47,780 nt of DNA from a virus: positions 1-47,780 of the IMG/VR virus record IMGVR_UViG_3300037313_000674, one strand, 5' to 3'. The stretch's first letter is position 1; each line of letters opens with the position of its first letter. The notes beneath the pieces are model-generated. The model searched no databases, had not been told where the DNA came from, and saw nothing but the letters and a program-made list of their open reading frames with translations. Shown in pieces: positions 32,467-42,564 of the stretch. The position numbers and the translations under genes are program-made.

Positions 32467-32937
32467 TCACGGAATCATGTTCTGGTCGTTCATCAGCGTT
32501 TCAACCTTGTTGGCGCGCGCGACCAGTTCGTTGATCTTGGCGGCCAACGATGCGATCTGATTGGCCAGGGTTGCTTCGGTGTAGGTGCCGGGAACATCGG
32601 CCAGCGTGTTCGACGCGGTGCCGCCGGAATTGTCGGTCAGCGCCGTGATGGTATTGTACTCGGCCAGCGGCAACTGCAGCACGATTTCGTCGAACGCCGG
32701 AACCGTGGTCGCGTCCTTGTAGGTCAGCGTCGCAGTGGTCGAGGTGCCGTAGGCGATCGTAAACGTGTCGGAAGCCTGATCCAGTGAATTACCGAGATCA
32801 GGGATTTCCATATGCTCGCCGGACTGCGCGTAAGCGGCGCCGACGCGGCTGTTCGGGTAGGTGAAGACGATCGTGTCATTGGTCGCGAGCGCGGTCGACT
32901 TCTGAAGGGTAACAAGGTCGAAAGTGGGGGCCGTCAT
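32467..32937 (-). CDS. Capsid-associated protein (156 aa; decoration or head-fibre position)
   Basis: It lies immediately downstream of the capsid terminator. The sequence is T/S/A-rich with a C-terminal coiled segment. Confidence 0.55.
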   Translation of the reverse strand: MTAPTFDLVTLQKSTALATNDTIVFTYPNSRVGAAYAQSGEHMEIPDLGNSLDQASDTFTIAYGTSTTATLTYKDATTVPAFDEIVLQLPLAEYNTITALTDNSGGTASNTLADVPGTYTEATLANQIASLAAKINELVARANKVETLMNDQNMIP

Positions 32938-32965
32938 CGGCTTAAACTCCAGTTTGGTTCAAGGG

Positions 32966-32990
32966 TGAAAAGCGCGACCGAAGCCGCGCT
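32966..32990 (-). terminator. Rho-independent terminator after the major capsid gene
   Basis: The minus strand reads AGCGCG-gcttcggt-CGCGCT-TTTTC. Confidence 0.65.
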
Positions 32991-32999
32991 ATTCCGCCA

Positions 33000-34043
33000 T
33001 CAGGCCAGGGCGTAAACGCCGTTGGCGTTACGCTGGTCGCAGATCAGGCCGCCAACCCAAGTCATCGCCCGGTAGAACACATACTTGCTCTCGGGGCGGG
33101 CCGGGTTGTGCTTCTTCATGCTCTCGCCCTCGATCGCCATCGGCTGGATCGTGCGGCTGTCGAGCACGTAGCAGTAATCGGCCAGGCTCATGTCGTCGAG
33201 CGTCGGGTCGTACTGGAACTTGACGCCCTTGAAGCTGATATCAGCCATGGACCCGTCGGTGTTCTTGGTCGCGGTCCAGCCGTCGAGCGTGAAGTTGCCC
33301 TTGGAGAACAGTTCCGCTTCCATGGCCTCGATCCAGTCGGAACCGCAAAGAACGGTGTCCGGCCGGCCGCCGTAGCGGCGAAGCTGGCGCCATTCCTTCT
33401 GCAGGCCCTTGCAGATGGCGAGGTCCGAAGGCGTGGTGTGCGCGAAGTCGAGCTTCGCACGGTTCCGCCACCAAGTGTTCGCCGACTGGTCGATGCCGCC
33501 GACGATCGTCGCCGAAGTCGGGTCGTCCAGGATGAAGGAGCGAATGCCCGGCACCTGCTTGGAATCCTGCGTGCCGTCCTTCCAAAACATGTTGTTCATG
33601 CCCCGGTCGAAGCCTTCCATCATGTCCTCGACCTTGTCCTTCATCAGGTCGGCGAGCTGGATCTTCTCGGAATCGGAATGGCGGGTTTCGTTCTTGCCGG
33701 TCGTGGTGTCGGTGATCGAGATGCCGTTCTTCAGCAGCTCGTGCATCGTGATTTCAAGGCCGGCATGCACCAGTTTCCACTGATACTTGGCTTCCTTGAT
33801 GTTGGCCGGGTTGCCGTAGGAGACGGTGTCGTTGTGCTCGAAGCCCTGAATGGTCGTCGAGTACACGCCCTTGACGCGGCGGGTGATGTAGTCCTTGCCA
33901 CCGGGGAACGACTTTTCCTTGGCCATCATGGCCTTCAGGAGCGGCTTTTCCTGCAGGGTCTGCGACCGGACATCCGGGGTCTGGTAGTGATATTCGAGAG
34001 ACGCATTTGCGACGTTCTCGATTTCCTGTGCGGTAAACGGCAT
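33000..34043 (-). CDS. Major capsid protein (347 aa)
   Basis: It follows the scaffold-like gene and is itself followed by a terminator. Its size is typical of HK97-fold capsid proteins of T7-like podoviruses. Confidence 0.75.
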   Translation of the reverse strand: MPFTAQEIENVANASLEYHYQTPDVRSQTLQEKPLLKAMMAKEKSFPGGKDYITRRVKGVYSTTIQGFEHNDTVSYGNPANIKEAKYQWKLVHAGLEITMHELLKNGISITDTTTGKNETRHSDSEKIQLADLMKDKVEDMMEGFDRGMNNMFWKDGTQDSKQVPGIRSFILDDPTSATIVGGIDQSANTWWRNRAKLDFAHTTPSDLAICKGLQKEWRQLRRYGGRPDTVLCGSDWIEAMEAELFSKGNFTLDGWTATKNTDGSMADISFKGVKFQYDPTLDDMSLADYCYVLDSRTIQPMAIEGESMKKHNPARPESKYVFYRAMTWVGGLICDQRNANGVYALA

Positions 34044-34075
34044 TAGCTTCGCCCTTTCTAGGGTTTAGCCAGCGC

Positions 34076-35101
34076 TCATTCTCCCAAAGCCTGATTGATC
34101 GCGTCCATATAGCTCGCGGGCTTGGTCTTGGCGCCGGCAGAAGCAGGACGGCCTGTCTCGTGATCCTTGGATGTCGCCTTTGGTCGAAAGACCTTGATCT
34201 TGTCTTCGACATGCTTGAGAACGTCGTCGAGAAACGCGTGGACCGCTTTCGGGGTCGATGGCAGTTTCGTCGGGTCCGTCATCCGCAAGCGGTGCAGTTC
34301 GGCTTCCATCCGGTCAGCAACAAGCGGCTGCTTCGTTGACCAGTCAGGGTCCGATGATTTCTTCGCGTTTTCCCATGTCGTTGCGGTCTGGCCGTACATT
34401 TGGCCGCGATCCTTTGCGAAACGCTCGTGCTGTTCCGCGTCGCGCCGCTCGTTCTGCTGCCGTTCCCGATCCTGCGCATTCTTGTTCGCCATCCGCTCGC
34501 GCTGGAGTTCGATCGCCCGATTGGCCGTGATATAGCCGGCGTCGACTTCCTGCTTGAGGTCGTCCGAAAGCACGTTGCCGGTGCGCACCAGGAGTTCCTG
34601 GTAGATCGGCGCAATAGCTTTCAGCGCGTCTGCGTACCGCCCGGAAGACACCAGCGCCGTGATGGCCATGCTGTTGTCGAGTTCCTGCGGCTGGATCTGA
34701 TTCTGCTGCATGAAAGACGTGATGCGATCGTACTGCTCGGCTTTCGGCCGAAACTGCTCGATCTCCTGCGTCTTCGCCGCCAGCTCGCCTTCGGTTTCCT
34801 TCCGGCGTTGAACCAGTTCGCGGATGCGGGTCTGCGCATTCAGGGAATACTGCTTCAGCTCGTCGTCGGACGGATCGGTCGAGCCTTGCGGCTTTTCCGC
34901 GTCAACGGGGGGCTGCTTGGAAGCATCTTCACCCGGTTTGTCAGAGGCCGGTGATTTCTCTGGCTCATCGAGAACGGCAAGAACCGTATCGCGATAAGAT
35001 TTTACACCTTCGGGCTCGGCGGTGGATGGGGCCGCCTGATTGACATCCGGGGTAGGCGCGCCATCGGTTTCGATGGCAGTTTCCGCTGACGGGTCGGACA
35101 T
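34076..35101 (-). CDS. Scaffolding protein (341 aa)
   Basis: It lies between portal and capsid. It is acidic, Q/E/K/A-rich and predicted helical. Confidence 0.65.
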   Translation of the reverse strand: MSDPSAETAIETDGAPTPDVNQAAPSTAEPEGVKSYRDTVLAVLDEPEKSPASDKPGEDASKQPPVDAEKPQGSTDPSDDELKQYSLNAQTRIRELVQRRKETEGELAAKTQEIEQFRPKAEQYDRITSFMQQNQIQPQELDNSMAITALVSSGRYADALKAIAPIYQELLVRTGNVLSDDLKQEVDAGYITANRAIELQRERMANKNAQDRERQQNERRDAEQHERFAKDRGQMYGQTATTWENAKKSSDPDWSTKQPLVADRMEAELHRLRMTDPTKLPSTPKAVHAFLDDVLKHVEDKIKVFRPKATSKDHETGRPASAGAKTKPASYMDAINQALGE

Positions 35102-35134
35102 ACGTCAAAATCTCCTGACAGCGTTCATGATCGC

Positions 35135-35165
35135 TGTTGAACAACATTCTTCGCAAAATTCAACA
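35135..35165 (-). promoter_or_regulatory. Perfect element copy between portal and scaffold genes
   Basis: The minus strand reads TGTTGAATTTTGCGAAGAATGTTGTTCAACA. It is followed by the hairpin ACAGCG...CGCTGT and the RBS AGGAG. Confidence 0.6.
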
Positions 35166-35171
35166 TTAAAG

Positions 35172-37226
35172 TCAAGCAGGGTACGCCGGTTGCGGCCCCG
35201 GTTCGTTGCGCTGCGTGGACGGCGCGTTCTGCGCCCCCTGCGGACCCTGGCTCTGCGCTTCGGGGGCGCCGCCACCGGGACCGACACCGGCAGGCGCGCC
35301 AGCCATCTTGGCCATTATGGCGTTGAGCGCGGTCATGGACGGCATGCTGCCTGCCCAAAGCTCTTCCGGATCGATGTCGAGCAAAGGCGCATACTTCTTG
35401 ATCAGGGGCTCGGGATTGACGCCGGGAACCTGCTGCAGATACGGCATGGCGCGTTCGAGGTTGGCCAGTTCGGACGCCCTGTTCGGCCGACCGGAAGACC
35501 CCGCCTTCATGTCGAGATAGATTTCCTTGGCGGCCTCGCTGCGCGTCTCGGGCGTGTCGGGCCATACGGCGCCGGGACCGACGATGTCGACCACTGTCTG
35601 TTTCGTCAGATTCAGCAGCATCAACTGGCCGCCAGCGCGAAACACGTCGGTTAGCACTTCGTCGAGATCGTCGACATTGTCGGATTTCTGGACCGCCAAC
35701 GACTGGTCGGCGATCGACGATTCCGTTGCCGTGCCGCCGGACGTGCCGCCGATCTGCGCGTCGTTGGTGCCGACCGAACGAAGCAGGTCGTTGAACACGC
35801 CTTCGACCTCATAGAGGTTCGGGTCGATATTGGCCACCGGGCCGCGCTGGATCAGGTCTTCGACCTTCTGGCCGCTGGCCAAGGTCGGCATCTCGATCAG
35901 CTCGTGGTCGGCGTGATTGGCCAGTTTCCGCTTCTCGTGTTCATCGAGCCCCTTGGCCGTGACATAGTACGGCCGGGCGGCGACGCGGTGCTGCCGCAGC
36001 GCTTCGCGAGCCCGGTTATACTCCTTCTGGATATGCTCGCCATGCTCGACATCGGACTGCGGGTATATGTCCTTGTCGTCCTCCGGCTCGTTGAAAACGA
36101 TGGGGAAATACGGCCAGAACCGTTCCAGCCAATCCTGCGGCGTCGACGGTTCCTTCAGGTAGCCCGGATAGCCTTCGCAGATCGTGAAAACCTGCAGGTT
36201 TTCCTGGTCCCACACCTGATAGACGCGCGCCGAACACTCTTCCGGCTTCTTGTCGTAGGGGTTGCCGTCCGGCGAATACTGCTTGAAGTTCGCGCCAACA
36301 TCGATCTTATAGATTTTCTCGATATCGCACGTATCCATCTCGAACTCTTCGGCCATCCACCGCGCGCCGGCCAGTGTCTTCAACTGCGTGCATGCTGGAT
36401 CGACGATCACCTGGTTCGCCTTCGGGAACGACAGGACCGGGCCTTCGCGGACGACCATTTCCGGGTCGTTCTGCAGGTCGGCCATGTTGGTCCGAAGCTG
36501 CTCGCTCTCGGGTCCGTTCTTGTCGTATTCACCATCTTCGATGTCGGTCAGCGTGTATTCGACATTGGCGATCTTGCTGGTCACGTCGTTGATCTGCGCC
36601 GACACGTCGGGCCGCGGCTCCAACGCTCGCTGGAACCCGAGCTTCACCCACGCCACCTTGCAGACCTTCGAGCGGCGCACGGCGGCCTTGAGTTGCTGTT
36701 TGTAGTTCGTGCCCTGCTCGTCCATAAAATACTGCCACAGGATCGACATCGTGCGGCCCATGCGGTCGTACATCAAATTCATCTGCTGCGCCGCGACGAC
36801 TTCCTGGATGATGGCGAGCGCATTTGGATCGCCGAGCGGAGCCATCTGCATGGCGGCCTGAAGCGAATCCTGCCGGCCATCCCAAGTCTTATACATCATG
36901 CGTTCGCGCCGGCTTGCGATGGCTTTCGGATTGCGCGCGTAGAGGCTGGCGACGACCTGGTTGATGTGCCTGGCCAGGATCGGCACGGTGTAATTGCCGC
37001 CGTCACGCCACGCCTTGTCAGCACCAAAGCGCGCGAACTCCTGGTTCTTGCGCATCTGCTTGAAAACCGGTTCATAGTGCTTTTTGGCCGAAACGATCTT
37101 TTCGGTCCATTTCTTGATCAGCGCCTTCTGCGCATCGGTCGCTTCCGGCTTTTCGTCGGACGATTTCGGCGCCTGCACAGTCGGTGCAGCAGGCGTCATC
37201 GCCGTTTGGTCGTACATATCAGCCAT
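35172..37226 (-). CDS. Portal protein (684 aa)
   Basis: The call rests on size and its position between TerL and the scaffold gene. Confidence 0.75.
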   Translation of the reverse strand: MADMYDQTAMTPAAPTVQAPKSSDEKPEATDAQKALIKKWTEKIVSAKKHYEPVFKQMRKNQEFARFGADKAWRDGGNYTVPILARHINQVVASLYARNPKAIASRRERMMYKTWDGRQDSLQAAMQMAPLGDPNALAIIQEVVAAQQMNLMYDRMGRTMSILWQYFMDEQGTNYKQQLKAAVRRSKVCKVAWVKLGFQRALEPRPDVSAQINDVTSKIANVEYTLTDIEDGEYDKNGPESEQLRTNMADLQNDPEMVVREGPVLSFPKANQVIVDPACTQLKTLAGARWMAEEFEMDTCDIEKIYKIDVGANFKQYSPDGNPYDKKPEECSARVYQVWDQENLQVFTICEGYPGYLKEPSTPQDWLERFWPYFPIVFNEPEDDKDIYPQSDVEHGEHIQKEYNRAREALRQHRVAARPYYVTAKGLDEHEKRKLANHADHELIEMPTLASGQKVEDLIQRGPVANIDPNLYEVEGVFNDLLRSVGTNDAQIGGTSGGTATESSIADQSLAVQKSDNVDDLDEVLTDVFRAGGQLMLLNLTKQTVVDIVGPGAVWPDTPETRSEAAKEIYLDMKAGSSGRPNRASELANLERAMPYLQQVPGVNPEPLIKKYAPLLDIDPEELWAGSMPSMTALNAIMAKMAGAPAGVGPGGGAPEAQSQGPQGAQNAPSTQRNEPGPQPAYPA

Positions 37227-37227
37227 T

Positions 37228-37452
37228 TCATGTCACCTTTTCCGGCGGAAGGTCCTCGATCATGTGCCTGACCAGCGCTTCAGCCTGCGTGGCGTCGAGT
37301 AAGTTGGTGCCAGAAGGCTGGTGCCGGTACTCGTATTTCGTACCGGCGTTCCCGAATGGCTCGAACTTGACACCGCCATCCGGATTAAACGTCTCGGGCA
37401 GCCTCCACGTTAGAAAGCGGTTGACCATGTGCTTAATCTGGTCGTCAGTCAT
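37228..37452 (-). CDS. Hypothetical protein (74 aa)
   Basis: The ATG at 37452 has GGAGAAG 8 nt upstream. An alternative GTG at 37470 overlaps the terL stop. Confidence 0.5.
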   Translation of the reverse strand: MTDDQIKHMVNRFLTWRLPETFNPDGGVKFEPFGNAGTKYEYRHQPSGTNLLDATQAEALVRHMIEDLPPEKVT

Positions 37453-37466
37453 CGCGCTTCTCCATT

Positions 37467-39125
37467 TCACCAGCCCTCGCTAACCTTTTCTTTTTTCTCG
37501 CGTTCGGCCTTCAGTTTGGCCGACCGCAGAATCCATTCCACCGACCCGATCTGAACGACATTGTCGATCGCGCGCTCCTTGGTCGGCCCGTGCTCGCGCA
37601 AAATGCCCTGTCCGATATGCGCCAACCAGTCGACAAAGTCGTCGTTGGCGCCGTAGGGAAAGCTGAGCAACTGCGCCTTCGCGTCCTGCCACCACGGCGC
37701 AAACCGGGGGAACTTGATCTGCTTGAGCGACATCCGGCCCTGAATGGCGCGGGCTCGTGTTGGCTTGTCCTTCGATACGATGACCGGATCGAGCGTGGTA
37801 TACGCCTTCATCTCGATCATCCGTTTCTTCAGGAACGGGCCGAACGACTTCGAGATCAGTTCGCTTTCCAGCCACCACAGATGCGGCCGGTGGATCTTGA
37901 TCTGCTGGACGATCTCCTCCACCGTGCGGTCGGTCTGCATGCGGTCGATCACCACGTCGGGCATCACCCAAACGTGGTCGTCCTTGCAGATGCCGACGCA
38001 GCCGAGAACGGTATAGTCCCGATGCTGCGCCGTGCTCACGGCATGGTCGGACGCGCCGTATTTGGTCAATTCCGCCGGCAGTTCGTGGGCGTCATACTCG
38101 ACGATCCAATCGCTCTTGAAATACTCGCCTTCGTCGGCCGACGGCTTGCCCATATAGAGCGCGTTGAAGGTGCGCGCGTCCTGCCTTTTGGCCTCTGCGA
38201 GCAAAGGCAGGCTTTTCCGGCCCGGCCACAGCGATGACATCGGCTTCTTGCCGAACTGTTTGACGACTCGTTCGTCCTGCTGCTCTTCGAGCGTCAGGCC
38301 AAGCTGGAACGCCAGTTCGGGGTCGTCGACCACCGCCGGCAGGTTGATGTGAAGCCAGTCCTGCGCGATGCCGGCATATTGCTTGTTCCGCTCCGGATGG
38401 TTCGGATCGCACAGCCGGCCGATCAGGTCGTCCAGGTTCCATCGGGTATGAACGATGACGATACGCGTGCCGTCATGGGCGCGCGAAAAGACAACGGCGT
38501 TGTACCATTTCCACAGCCGTTCGCGGTAAAGCGCGCTCTGCGCATCTTCGTCGCTCTTGATCGGGTCGTCGACGATGAAGAAGTCCGCGGGCTTGCCGGT
38601 GCCGGAACCGCCAACACCGACGAAGGCCGACTTGCCGCCTTCGGCCGTCATTAGCGCGTCGGTCGCTTTCTTGTCGAGCACGTGGTTCGGAAAGATCGCC
38701 TGGTGCACCGGGCTTTCGATACGATTGCGCACGTCGATGCCGAGAGAATCTGCGTTCGGCTGATTGTACGAGCCAAGGATGAAGTGGGCGTAGGGATTGC
38801 GCGCGGACGCCCACGCCGGAAAGGCGCGGCTGATAATGTCCGTCTTGCCGAACTGCGGTCCGACCGACACGGCCACGCGGTTATAGCCCGGCTCGCCGCG
38901 CTCGACCTTTTCCATGATCTGGCAAAGCAGCACGGCGAGCGGCGTCGTCACGTAGCGGGTCGCGCGCACATCGTCCGGATTATTGGGGTCCGGCATTTGC
39001 AATTGCAGATAGCGCAGCAAATTATCCTTGGCTTCGAGATACGCCTTTTGCGCTCGAAGTTGCTGCAGCAGCCGGTCGGTCGAGTCGAAATCCATCAGGC
39101 GAGGCCCCATTTGGGCTTCAGGCAA
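37467..39125 (-). CDS. terL: Terminase large subunit
   Basis: The sequence contains VSVGPQFGKTD (Walker A-like), ADFFIVDDPIKS (Walker B) and IVIVHTRWNLDDL, with a nuclease half at the C-terminus. An alternative start at 39095 gives a TGATG overlap with the tailspike stop. Confidence 0.88.
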   Translation of the reverse strand: MPEAQMGPRLMDFDSTDRLLQQLRAQKAYLEAKDNLLRYLQLQMPDPNNPDDVRATRYVTTPLAVLLCQIMEKVERGEPGYNRVAVSVGPQFGKTDIISRAFPAWASARNPYAHFILGSYNQPNADSLGIDVRNRIESPVHQAIFPNHVLDKKATDALMTAEGGKSAFVGVGGSGTGKPADFFIVDDPIKSDEDAQSALYRERLWKWYNAVVFSRAHDGTRIVIVHTRWNLDDLIGRLCDPNHPERNKQYAGIAQDWLHINLPAVVDDPELAFQLGLTLEEQQDERVVKQFGKKPMSSLWPGRKSLPLLAEAKRQDARTFNALYMGKPSADEGEYFKSDWIVEYDAHELPAELTKYGASDHAVSTAQHRDYTVLGCVGICKDDHVWVMPDVVIDRMQTDRTVEEIVQQIKIHRPHLWWLESELISKSFGPFLKKRMIEMKAYTTLDPVIVSKDKPTRARAIQGRMSLKQIKFPRFAPWWQDAKAQLLSFPYGANDDFVDWLAHIGQGILREHGPTKERAIDNVVQIGSVEWILRSAKLKAEREKKEKVSEGW

Positions 39126-41884
39126 TCGTCGCGCAGCGATGCGCGCTCGCCGGCAGTGAGTGCGCGCGGCGCGGTAATGGCTTCGAAAACGTAGCCCGCC
39201 AGCGGCGCATAGACATTCCCGATGGCCGGTTCGGAGACATGCGCGACGTTCTCGCTCGCCGCCCCGGTCGCCCAGCTTGCGCTTTGCGTCTCGACCGTTC
39301 CGTCGATCTGGATCACAACGTCGCCGCTCGAATAATCGACCGTGCAGCAGACGTAATGCGCGGCGCCGGCAGTCAGGGTGGCGGCGGAGTACAGACCGCT
39401 CTGCGTGTCTGCGGCAACCCTGCGCGTGTTGCAGGAAATCGACCCGGACGTGGCATTGACCTGGACGTTGAACAGCAGGCCGTATGCGCTGTCGAGCACC
39501 GTGAACAGATAATAGTCAGTGGTGAAGGCCGGTATTTTGACCACGCCGGCAAACGAGAATCCCGGTTTGTTGCGGTCGAGAGCGGTCGCCCCGGCCAGCA
39601 GCAGCGCGTCGCTGTTGGCTGCGGAAAACAAAATGCCGTTGAGCCCATTCTGTGCCGCCGTGACATAGGCCGGCTGCAGGCCCGCCGTCGCTTGCGCGGC
39701 GTCGAACCCATTGCCAGACTTGTCGGCGATCGATGCGACATCGGAGCCGTTCAGGGTGACGCTGCCCGAATCCGACGCATCGATCCACCAGTTGAGGTCT
39801 GGCACGATATCGTCGGCCGCGGCCGATCCAGGCGGTATAGGCGGCGGAATCAGTCGTGTCACGCGCGGCGCGCCGATCACCACGGTCTGCACCTTGTCGG
39901 TCACGTCGCCGACGCCAAAGGTGAATTCGAGATAAATCTGGCCGGCGACATTGTCGACGCTGCCGCCGCCATCCAGCTCAAAATCGCCGGATAGCCGCGA
40001 GAACGAGTTGAACAGGTCGGTGTTCAACTGCGCCCCGATGATATGCGATTTGACCAGCGCCGAGCCGTTTAGCTCCAGCAGCGTCAGCGACGTGCCGGAG
40101 AGCACCAGCGCGTCCTCGCGCGCCATATAGCCGCGGATGCGCCATGTCTCGCCGTCGAAAGCCGATGACCCTGGAATACCGTATGGGAAATAGATGCTGA
40201 CCGGCGTCGTGCCGACGACCGGGCTTGCTGTAACTTTCAGTCTCAGGCACCAAAGCGGGTGGATATAGACCACCTCCAGCACTTCGATCGTCACGTTGCC
40301 GGGCGTGCCCGGATCGAGCTGCCAATAGGTCGGCAGCGCGCCGCCGGAGCCGATCACGCCTTCGACAGCCCCGGCGAACAGCCCGACGCCGACGGGCAGG
40401 ATGGGGTTGATGACCACCGGCAGCGACCGGTCAAGATGGTTGCCGCGCGAGCCCGTCGCCCGGATCGGGATTTCTTCGATGGCGAAATCGTCCCACACAT
40501 ATCGATCGGCGACGGTGCGGATCTTGTGCCCGGCGAAAATCTCGAACCGGTCGTAGCCGCCCTCGGAAAACGACCAGGTGAATGTTTCAGCCGGGTCGTG
40601 GCTTTCTGCGCGTAGCTCGCCGACGAATGTGTTGTCGGCGATCGTTTCGTCGATATCGGGCTCGAACTCGGCCGGGCCGATATTGAGAGCCGCCATGAAC
40701 GGCCCGCCGGTCCAGTCGTCCCATGGGAAGGTCAGCGGCGCCCACTGCCGCGGCGTGAAATCTTCCTCGGTAATGTCGGCCTCAAGCACGCAATTCGGCT
40801 GATTGTCCTGCAAAAGCACATTCGGCAGGATCGACATCACCGATGTCGGTTCGAATGGCGAGGCGCCAGCATCCGGATCGATGTTGAAATACCGGCAGTC
40901 CTGGAAACGGATGTTGTATGCGCCGCCAAGCGCATGGAATGCCGCGCCCGCCGCCGGACGGCCGCGAAGCGTGCCGCCGTTCGGACTGTCGGCAAACACA
41001 TGCGTGTCGCGCACCCTGACGCGCCGAAAGGTGTTGTCGTGCGAGACGACTTCCGGAGCACCGTTGCCAAGATCGAAGAAGCCATAGGTGGAGGCGCCGC
41101 CATTGCCGGATCGGATAATGTCGATGTCCTCGGCCAGGCAGTAGCGCGAACTCTCGAACATCGAACATACGCCGAGCGGCGCGTTGTTTCCGTCGATCAG
41201 GCCGCGCCGAACCGTGACATAGTCGCTGTAATAGATCGAATTGTTGTCCTCGACGAAACTGTCGTTCAGGTCGTTCTTGAAGTAGAAATCCTCCAACAGG
41301 CCATACGGGCTGTTATTGGCCTGGAAAGCATGGCCGCGGTAGAACGGTCCGCGCTGCGCAAACGCCTCGTAGCGGCTGACATGCCAGTTGGTGCAGCGCG
41401 TCAGCGCCAGGCCGGTGGCGCCGTTGGTGCAGCGGATGCCATGAAAGCGCAGCCCGTCGCAATCGGCCGCCTCGATATTGTCCTCGGTCTTGAAGTCGAC
41501 AATTTCGCCGAAGCCGCCGACGCCGACCGGCGGTGGCAGATGGCTTTCGAGATAGTCGTCAAGCGTCACCGGGTTCGGCGTCGAAAAACCGGTCAGGTCA
41601 TTCGGCGGCGAGGCGTGGCCGATGTCGATATATCTGAAGATCGAATTGTCGGCGCCGCTGACGATATAGAGACCTTTACCGTCCCGGTGACGGATACGGC
41701 AATGCATCATCAACACGCGGTGCGAGATCAGCACCGGATTCCTGTCACACCAAATGTCCTTGCCGAAAATGACCTGGCCGTCGTGGGACGACTGGAAGCC
41801 GTCGACGCGCTCGAGCGTCTTCGCGACACCTGGCTTGCCCGGATTGGCGATCATCGCCCGAACAAAGGACGGGATGACGCTCAT
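39095..41884 (-). CDS. Tailspike-like protein: right-handed parallel beta-helix N-terminal half plus a C-terminal LamG/ConA-like jelly-roll
   Basis: Beta-helix-type repeats occur in the N-terminal half (...GIRCTNGATGLALTRCTNWHV...). The C-terminal WWIDASDSGSVTLNGSDVASIADKSGNGFDAAQATAGLQPAYV...NGLNGILFSAANSDALLL is typical of Laminin_G_3 domains. Confidence 0.7.
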   Translation of the reverse strand: MSVIPSFVRAMIANPGKPGVAKTLERVDGFQSSHDGQVIFGKDIWCDRNPVLISHRVLMMHCRIRHRDGKGLYIVSGADNSIFRYIDIGHASPPNDLTGFSTPNPVTLDDYLESHLPPPVGVGGFGEIVDFKTEDNIEAADCDGLRFHGIRCTNGATGLALTRCTNWHVSRYEAFAQRGPFYRGHAFQANNSPYGLLEDFYFKNDLNDSFVEDNNSIYYSDYVTVRRGLIDGNNAPLGVCSMFESSRYCLAEDIDIIRSGNGGASTYGFFDLGNGAPEVVSHDNTFRRVRVRDTHVFADSPNGGTLRGRPAAGAAFHALGGAYNIRFQDCRYFNIDPDAGASPFEPTSVMSILPNVLLQDNQPNCVLEADITEEDFTPRQWAPLTFPWDDWTGGPFMAALNIGPAEFEPDIDETIADNTFVGELRAESHDPAETFTWSFSEGGYDRFEIFAGHKIRTVADRYVWDDFAIEEIPIRATGSRGNHLDRSLPVVINPILPVGVGLFAGAVEGVIGSGGALPTYWQLDPGTPGNVTIEVLEVVYIHPLWCLRLKVTASPVVGTTPVSIYFPYGIPGSSAFDGETWRIRGYMAREDALVLSGTSLTLLELNGSALVKSHIIGAQLNTDLFNSFSRLSGDFELDGGGSVDNVAGQIYLEFTFGVGDVTDKVQTVVIGAPRVTRLIPPPIPPGSAAADDIVPDLNWWIDASDSGSVTLNGSDVASIADKSGNGFDAAQATAGLQPAYVTAAQNGLNGILFSAANSDALLLAGATALDRNKPGFSFAGVVKIPAFTTDYYLFTVLDSAYGLLFNVQVNATSGSISCNTRRVAADTQSGLYSAATLTAGAAHYVCCTVDYSSGDVVIQIDGTVETQSASWATGAASENVAHVSEPAIGNVYAPLAGYVFEAITAPRALTAGERASLRDDCLKPKWGLA

Positions 41885-42432
41885 GGGCTGACATCGCCGT
41901 TGATCTGCCAGACAGCCGACACATCGTCGTCGTTGGCGCGCACGATGGCCGTGATCGATGCGTCCTGGCCTTCCGAAGCGTACCAGTCGTATTTGTTCTT
42001 GAGGCTGGCGCCGGAGCCGGCCGCGAGCGTGAACGAACCGGCGCCCACCTGCACCAGGACGACATTGGTCGATACCGGCAGCGTTCCGGGCAGCGTGACC
42101 GTCACCGGGGTCGCGCTGTCGACCAGAACCCAGCCGCCAGACATCGCCGCCGTGACGGTGAAATCGTCAGTTTCGGTAATAAACGACGGGGAATAGCCAC
42201 CGCCGATCAGGTTTTGAAGCTCTTCCGACAGCGCGTCGAAAGTGACGATGTGATTGGCGAGCGCGCCGTCGTCCCGCTGGATCAGCGCCAGTTTCGCCCG
42301 GATCTGATCGAGCGTGCGCTTGACGCGGTTATATTCCGCGTCGACATGCGCGGCCGGAAGCGGGTTATTGGGGTGGTTGGACTGATAATTCGTGAAATTG
42401 TATTCACGATTGTATGCCACCGGTTGCGCCAT
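41881..42432 (-). CDS. Tail fibre N-terminal-type protein (183 aa)
   Basis: The start is taken at MAQPVAYNREYNFTNYQSNHPNNPLPAAHVDAEYNRVKRTLDQIRAKLALIQRDDGALAN. This is a pattern common at fibre N-termini. It is the first gene of the late operon. Confidence 0.6.
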   Translation of the reverse strand: MAQPVAYNREYNFTNYQSNHPNNPLPAAHVDAEYNRVKRTLDQIRAKLALIQRDDGALANHIVTFDALSEELQNLIGGGYSPSFITETDDFTVTAAMSGGWVLVDSATPVTVTLPGTLPVSTNVVLVQVGAGSFTLAAGSGASLKNKYDWYASEGQDASITAIVRANDDDVSAVWQINGDVSP

Positions 42433-42508
42433 GGTTTTCCCCGAGGAAGAAAACCGTTCGCGACACGGCATAACGACGAAATTCGGCTCAAAATACAGTG
42501 TCGTCTTT

Positions 42509-42539
42509 TGTTGGTCAATCTCTTGCGTTATATTCAACA
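42509..42539 (-). promoter_or_regulatory. Element copy (12/14) at the head of the late operon, in the divergent gap with the M15 gene
   Basis: The minus strand reads TGTTGAATATAACGCAAGAGATTGACCAACA. The left arm closely resembles the TGTTGAATTTAACGAAGGAG copies. Confidence 0.45.
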
Positions 42540-42564
42540 TCAAACCGCAACGAAGGGCAGCGAA

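Noticed and set aside
40007-40028. The inverted repeat GTTGAAC-N8-GTTCAAC resembles the genome-wide half-sites.
   Set aside because: It lies deep inside the tailspike coding sequence and has the wrong spacing (8 rather than 17). It is explained by Leu-Asn and Phe-Asn codons. Isolated TGTTGAA heptamers in coding sequence (for example 2160, 19708, 22109, 22389 and 40882) also lack a partner at 17 nt.
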